Below, piece by piece: positions 28,071 through 32,000 of a DNA stretch of 32,000 bases. A program made the translations under genes and the position numbers. The first letter of the stretch is position 1, and each line of letters begins with the position of its first letter. The notes beneath the pieces are model-generated. The model did not search any database. It had not been told where the DNA came from and worked only from the letters and a program-made list of their open reading frames with translations. The stretch is from Geobacter metallireducens GS-15. GTDB taxonomy: Bacteria > Desulfobacterota > Desulfuromonadia > Geobacterales > Geobacteraceae. Location: contig NC_007517.1 in assembly GCF_000012925.1 (NCBI RefSeq), positions 2,670,001-2,702,000 on the forward strand, given 5' to 3'.

Positions 28071-28313
28071 GAAAGAAGTGATCTTTGACAGCTACGGTGC
28101 TTCGTGAAGCGACGCGGAATACGCAGTGCTGAATTCCATCCGCCAGGAGCGTGAAACCTCTTGAAAAAGGGGAAACGGAACGGATACCATCCGTCATGGC
28201 CCTGCAAGGAGCATGGCGGAAAGGTCCGCGATATTTCCACCGACGGATTGGAAAAAAGAGCCTCGACGAAGTACCGCACAACCAAAGCCCCGGAAGCAAT
28301 TCCGAGGCTTTTT
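28071..28313 (+). ncRNA. Candidate structured non-coding leader or sRNA (unclassified), ending in an intrinsic terminator
   Basis: No credible ORF. Multiple hand-verified helices, including an 11-bp long-range helix (28095-28105 with 28266-28276), four internal hairpins, and a terminator/anti-terminator alternative. The 5' end is inferred from the promoter split off by the IS. See findings. Confidence 0.35.
28284..28313 (+). terminator. Intrinsic terminator at the end of the non-coding leader
   Basis: AAAGCCCCGGAA (28284-28295) pairs with TTCCGAGGCTTT (28300-28311) with one C/A mismatch. GCAA tetraloop, and a T-run at 28309-28313. Confidence 0.6.
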
Positions 28314-28348
28314 CCGTGCTTCCCTTTGCCGGGTGTCATGCCCGCGGG

Positions 28349-28378
28349 TTGACAGGGAACACCAAGCGCGTTTATAGT
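28349..28378 (+). promoter_or_regulatory. Candidate sigma70 promoter proximal to the small ORF / PF04008 operon
   Basis: TTGACA (28349-28354), an 18-nt spacer, then TATAGT (28373-28378). It lies about 47 nt upstream of ATG 28425. Confidence 0.45.
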
Positions 28379-28424
28379 TATCGGGCCGTTAGCGGCATTG
28401 AATCCCACAGAGGAGGAGACTGGC

Positions 28425-28580
28425 ATGCTCTACTTCGTGAAAGAAAAAACCATCCACACCTTTCCCGTGTCGAAAAGGTGCACCGTACAGCGCGAGAAGG
28501 AGCAACTGCGGGATACCATCCCCACCGACGTTGAGCAGTGCCCTTACTGCATGCACAGTTGGCCCGGCGAGAAAGAGTAA
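28425..28580 (+). CDS. Small (51 aa) Cys/His-containing hypothetical protein
   Basis: ATG 28425 is preceded by GAGGAGGAG (7 nt spacing). It encodes MLYFVKEKTIHTFPVSKRCTVQREKEQLRDTIPTDVEQCPYCMHSWPGEKE. Third codon positions are mostly G/C, like the neighbouring genes. It ends 32 nt before the next ATG. I recognise no family. Confidence 0.55.
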   Translation: MLYFVKEKTIHTFPVSKRCTVQREKEQLRDTIPTDVEQCPYCMHSWPGEKE

Positions 28581-28612
28581 CCGTCTATCCCTCTACCAGA
28601 GGGGAATGACCC

Positions 28613-29101
28613 ATGAGCCTTGAAATCAACGCCATCGCAATCGACATTCCCGACGACTGCAACCTCATCCTCGGCCAAACTCACTTTATCAAGACCGCCG
28701 AGGACCTGTACGAGATTATCGCCACCACTGTCTCCCTGGCGCGGTTCGGCATCGCCTTTACTGAAGCGTCGGGGCCGTGCCTCATCCGCACCGAGGGTAA
28801 CGACGATGAATTGACCCAGGCCTGCGTGCGCAACCTCCAGGCAATCGGAGCGGGCCACGTTTTCTGCATCCTGCTGCGCGACGCCTATCCCATCAACATC
28901 CTGAACCAGATCAAGAACTGTCCCGAAGTGTGCAGTATCTACTGCGCAACCGCCAACCCTCTCCAGGTGATAGTCGCTTCAACGGCCCAGGGGTCAGGGG
29001 TGCTCGGCGTCATCGACGGATTCCCTCCCAAAGGGGTCGAGTCGGACGATGACCGGCAGAAACGACGCGATTTCCTGCGTGCCATAGGGTACAAACGCTA
29101 G
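28613..29101 (+). CDS. PF04008 ('adenosine-specific kinase') family protein
   Basis: 162 aa: ...DCNLILGQTHFIKTAEDLYE...FGIAFTEASGPCLIRTEGND...AGHVFCILLRDAYPINILN..., ...YCATANPLQVIV.... This matches my memory of the archaeal/bacterial PAE2307-like family. Its biochemical role is not established. Confidence 0.8.
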   Translation: MSLEINAIAIDIPDDCNLILGQTHFIKTAEDLYEIIATTVSLARFGIAFTEASGPCLIRTEGNDDELTQACVRNLQAIGAGHVFCILLRDAYPINILNQIKNCPEVCSIYCATANPLQVIVASTAQGSGVLGVIDGFPPKGVESDDDRQKRRDFLRAIGYKR

Positions 29102-29127
29102 GGATTGGGCCAAACTCTCAACGTTAC

Positions 29128-29166
29128 AAGGGACATCCGCGGATATCGCGTGGTGTCCCTTTTTTT
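29128..29166 (+). terminator. Intrinsic terminator after the PF04008 gene
   Basis: A long interrupted hairpin, AAGGGACA...TGTCCCTT, with an inner CCGCG/CGCG(T)GG stem, followed by seven T (29160-29166). Confidence 0.75.
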
Positions 29167-29172
29167 ATCCTT

Positions 29173-29760
29173 CTACCGATCAACCTTACCGATGAACTCT
29201 TCTGCAAAGGTCATGAGCGCCGGATAAAACCGGCGAAAATCATCCCGCAATCCGTCATAGCAGCGCAGGAGCTCATCGGCGCCGTCAGCCAGGGGGTTCG
29301 GTCTCCCGACCCGCACCGCCATCCGGCGGAGAACCCGGTCTATGCCCTCATGCTCGGCGTAAGAGGGGAGCCACTCGCCGAAGATAGCAGGGACGACCCG
29401 CACCAGGCGTTCGGGCAGGTGCACGGCACGGCTCCGCACCACGGCCTCGGAGCGGGCGATGAATGCCTCGATGGGTTCTGCCGAGTACTGTCGCCAGTTG
29501 GCAGCAAGGAAGTGATCGTAGAAGAGGTCGACCATCACCCCGCGGTAGAGGCCGAAACGCGGTTCGATCCGCCGTCGGCTGGCCTGAAAGGCGGGATGCC
29601 CGGCGGCAAAGGAATCGATCCGGCGGTGGAGTTCCAGGCCTAGGGTAACGCGAGGGGGGAAACGCCCTTCGAGGCGTCCCTTGACGAAGTCTCCCATCAT
29701 GTTGCCGGTGAGGATGTCGGGGTCGTCGCCCGACAGGTGGAGGTGAGCGAGAAAGTTCAT
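29173..29760 (-). CDS. acpH: Acyl carrier protein phosphodiesterase
   Basis: From ATG 29760: MNFLAHLHLSGDDPDILTGNMMGDFVKG...LHRRIDSF...FYDHFLA is the AcpH signature. The longer ORF start (29841) adds 27 non-homologous residues. Confidence 0.83.
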   Translation of the reverse strand: MNFLAHLHLSGDDPDILTGNMMGDFVKGRLEGRFPPRVTLGLELHRRIDSFAAGHPAFQASRRRIEPRFGLYRGVMVDLFYDHFLAANWRQYSAEPIEAFIARSEAVVRSRAVHLPERLVRVVPAIFGEWLPSYAEHEGIDRVLRRMAVRVGRPNPLADGADELLRCYDGLRDDFRRFYPALMTFAEEFIGKVDR

Positions 29761-29867
29761 GATAGTGGTGTACCGCTGCCCCCCGGTTGATGCAAATGAA
29801 AAAAGGCGATCTTTGAGGATCGCCCTTTTCCCGGTGGCCAATTCAACACCCCAAAGGGTGGATGGAG

Positions 29868-31214
<1,347 letters not shown>

Positions 31215-31218
31215 TTAA

Positions 31219-31248
31219 AATGTAGTTAATACCTACCGCGTCTGTCAA
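31219..31248 (-). promoter_or_regulatory. Candidate sigma70 promoter for metY
   Basis: Minus strand reads TTGACA (31248..31243), an 18-nt spacer, then TACATT (31224..31219). A second TATATA-type -10 lies further downstream. Confidence 0.35.
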
Positions 31249-31271
31249 GAACATTTATACCAGGAGTAGAG

Positions 31272-32000
31272 CTATTCTCCCCGCTTTCTCCCAAAGAGCG
31301 TCGTCAATTCGTGGAGCCGTTCAGCATGCTTCTCCGCCAATGCCCCAGCAGTGAAGCGCCACGACCAGTTGCCGCGGGGGGTTCCCGGAAGGTTCATCCG
31401 GGCGGATCCATCGAGGCCGAGGATATCCTGAAGGGGGAAAATCGCCAGATCGGCTACCGACGCAAGGCCAAGCCGTACCAGTTCCCAGTGAATCTCCTTG
31501 CCGGAGGTACCCGTGTAGGCAAGGACACCCTTGCGGTTGTGAGGGGAAAGTGTTTTGAACCAGCCGACGGTGGTGTCATTATCGTGGGTACCGGTGTAGG
31601 TTACGCAGCCAGGGATGTAGTTGTGGGGGAGATAAGGATTCCCCGGGCCGGAATCGAAGGCGAACTGGAGGATTTTCATGCCGGGGAAACGATAACGGTC
31701 CCTGAGTTCCTCCACTTCCGGCGTGATCACTCCCAAATCCTCGGCGATGATGGGGAGTTGCCCCAGGGCACCGATGACGGCGTCGAAAAGGGGAGCCCCC
31801 GGCCCCTTGACCCATTGGCCGTTGACGGCGGTTTTTTCCTTGGCCGGCACCTCCCAGCATGCCTCGAAGCCCCGGAAGTGGTCGATTCGGACCATGTCGC
31901 ACAGGGCGAAACAGCTGCGGAACCGCTCGATCCACCAGCGATATCCCTCGGCGGCCATGGCGTCCCAGTTGTAGAGGGGGTTGCCCCACCGCTGACCGGT
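31272..32000 (-). CDS. malQ: 4-alpha-glucanotransferase (amylomaltase, GH77), C-terminal part; runs off the window
   Basis: The frame stays open upstream of the listed Met: my translation of 32000..31959 gives TGQRWGNPLYNWDA, then MAAEGYRWWIERF...VRIDHFRGF...IAEDLG...TGTHDNDT. These are the conserved GH77 motifs. Confidence 0.9.
   Translation of the reverse strand, partial: TGQRWGNPLYNWDAMAAEGYRWWIERFRSCFALCDMVRIDHFRGFEACWEVPAKEKTAVNGQWVKGPGAPLFDAVIGALGQLPIIAEDLGVITPEVEELRDRYRFPGMKILQFAFDSGPGNPYLPHNYIPGCVTYTGTHDNDTTVGWFKTLSPHNRKGVLAYTGTSGKEIHWELVRLGLASVADLAIFPLQDILGLDGSARMNLPGTPRGNWSWRFTAGALAEKHAERLHELTTLFGRKRGE

Noticed and set aside
28069-28107. 12-codon micro-ORF ATG AAA GAA GTG ATC TTT GAC AGC TAC GGT GCT TCG TGA (MKEVIFDSYGAS) as a leaderless or leader peptide
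   Set aside because: In the reconstructed pre-insertion locus, the ATG begins only 5 nt after the -10 hexamer, so the expected +1 (about 28071) falls inside the start codon. It has no SD and no run of regulatory codons.
28151-28195. Superficial resemblance to the GEMM-I (c-di-GMP/cGAMP) riboswitch: GUGAAACC-UCUU-GAAA-AAGG-GGAAACGGAAC versus GGCAAACC-stem-GNRA-stem-GGGACGCAAAGC
   Set aside because: The conserved GCAAA and ACGCAAAGC cores are not actually present. There is no tetraloop-receptor hairpin, and the enclosing domain is about twice the GEMM size. This needs cmscan to settle.
28216-28280. Fragments reminiscent of RNase P (GGAAAGGUCCG) and of the T-box core (GUACCGC)
   Set aside because: These are isolated short matches only. 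The rest of the RNase P conserved regions, the T-box 14-mer, the specifier loop and the GA motif are absent. The length and context are wrong for RNase P.
28067-28534. ORFs in the leader region: 28151..28534 (+, 127 aa), 28161..28352 (+, 63 aa), 28067..28426 (-, 119 aa), 28036..28299 (-, 87 aa)
   Set aside because: They have no SD and their composition is Arg/Pro/Gly/Ser-rich. They run straight through a terminator hairpin and a promoter-like element. The 127-aa frame is out of frame with the better-supported 51-aa gene. I cannot fully exclude a small protein here.

Overview
This is a GC-rich bacterial chromosomal window. Protein sequences and gene order look Geobacter/Desulfuromonadales-like to me, but that is recollection, not a search. 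I support about 27 CDS, mostly housekeeping. Positions 1-10826 hold a co-directional minus-strand array: a PgpH-like 7TM-HD protein, ybeY, a dgkA-PAP2 fusion, corC, lnt, prfB (with its +1 frameshift), a SPOR-NlpC/P60 lipoprotein, DUF1015, EVE, FKBP, and a truncated secreted protein. After that come eno, pncB-pncA, a DAHP synthase, a secreted thermonuclease, serA, trmL, an ArnT-like glycosyltransferase with an HD protein, class II aldolase, selU, a rhomboid protease, a small Cys protein with a PF04008 protein, acpH, metY and a truncated malQ. Two apparently intact IS elements have inverted repeats and target-site duplications that I verified by hand. An ISL3-family element (15795-17120, TSD TCTTTTTT) sits in the T-tract of the aroG terminator. 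An IS4-family element (26746-28059, TSD ATACTGATT) sits between the -10 hexamer and the expected +1 of a near-consensus sigma70 promoter. The most interesting unexplained signal is the roughly 240-nt non-coding stretch that this promoter would originally have transcribed (28071-28313). It is densely structured, is closed by an 11-bp long-range helix, and ends in an intrinsic terminator whose 3' arm can instead pair with an upstream segment, giving a riboswitch- or attenuator-like layout. I could not assign it to any RNA family I know. I saw no rRNA, tRNA or CRISPR array, and I found no convincing multi-gene defence-type system. All family calls come from motif recognition by eye, not database searches.
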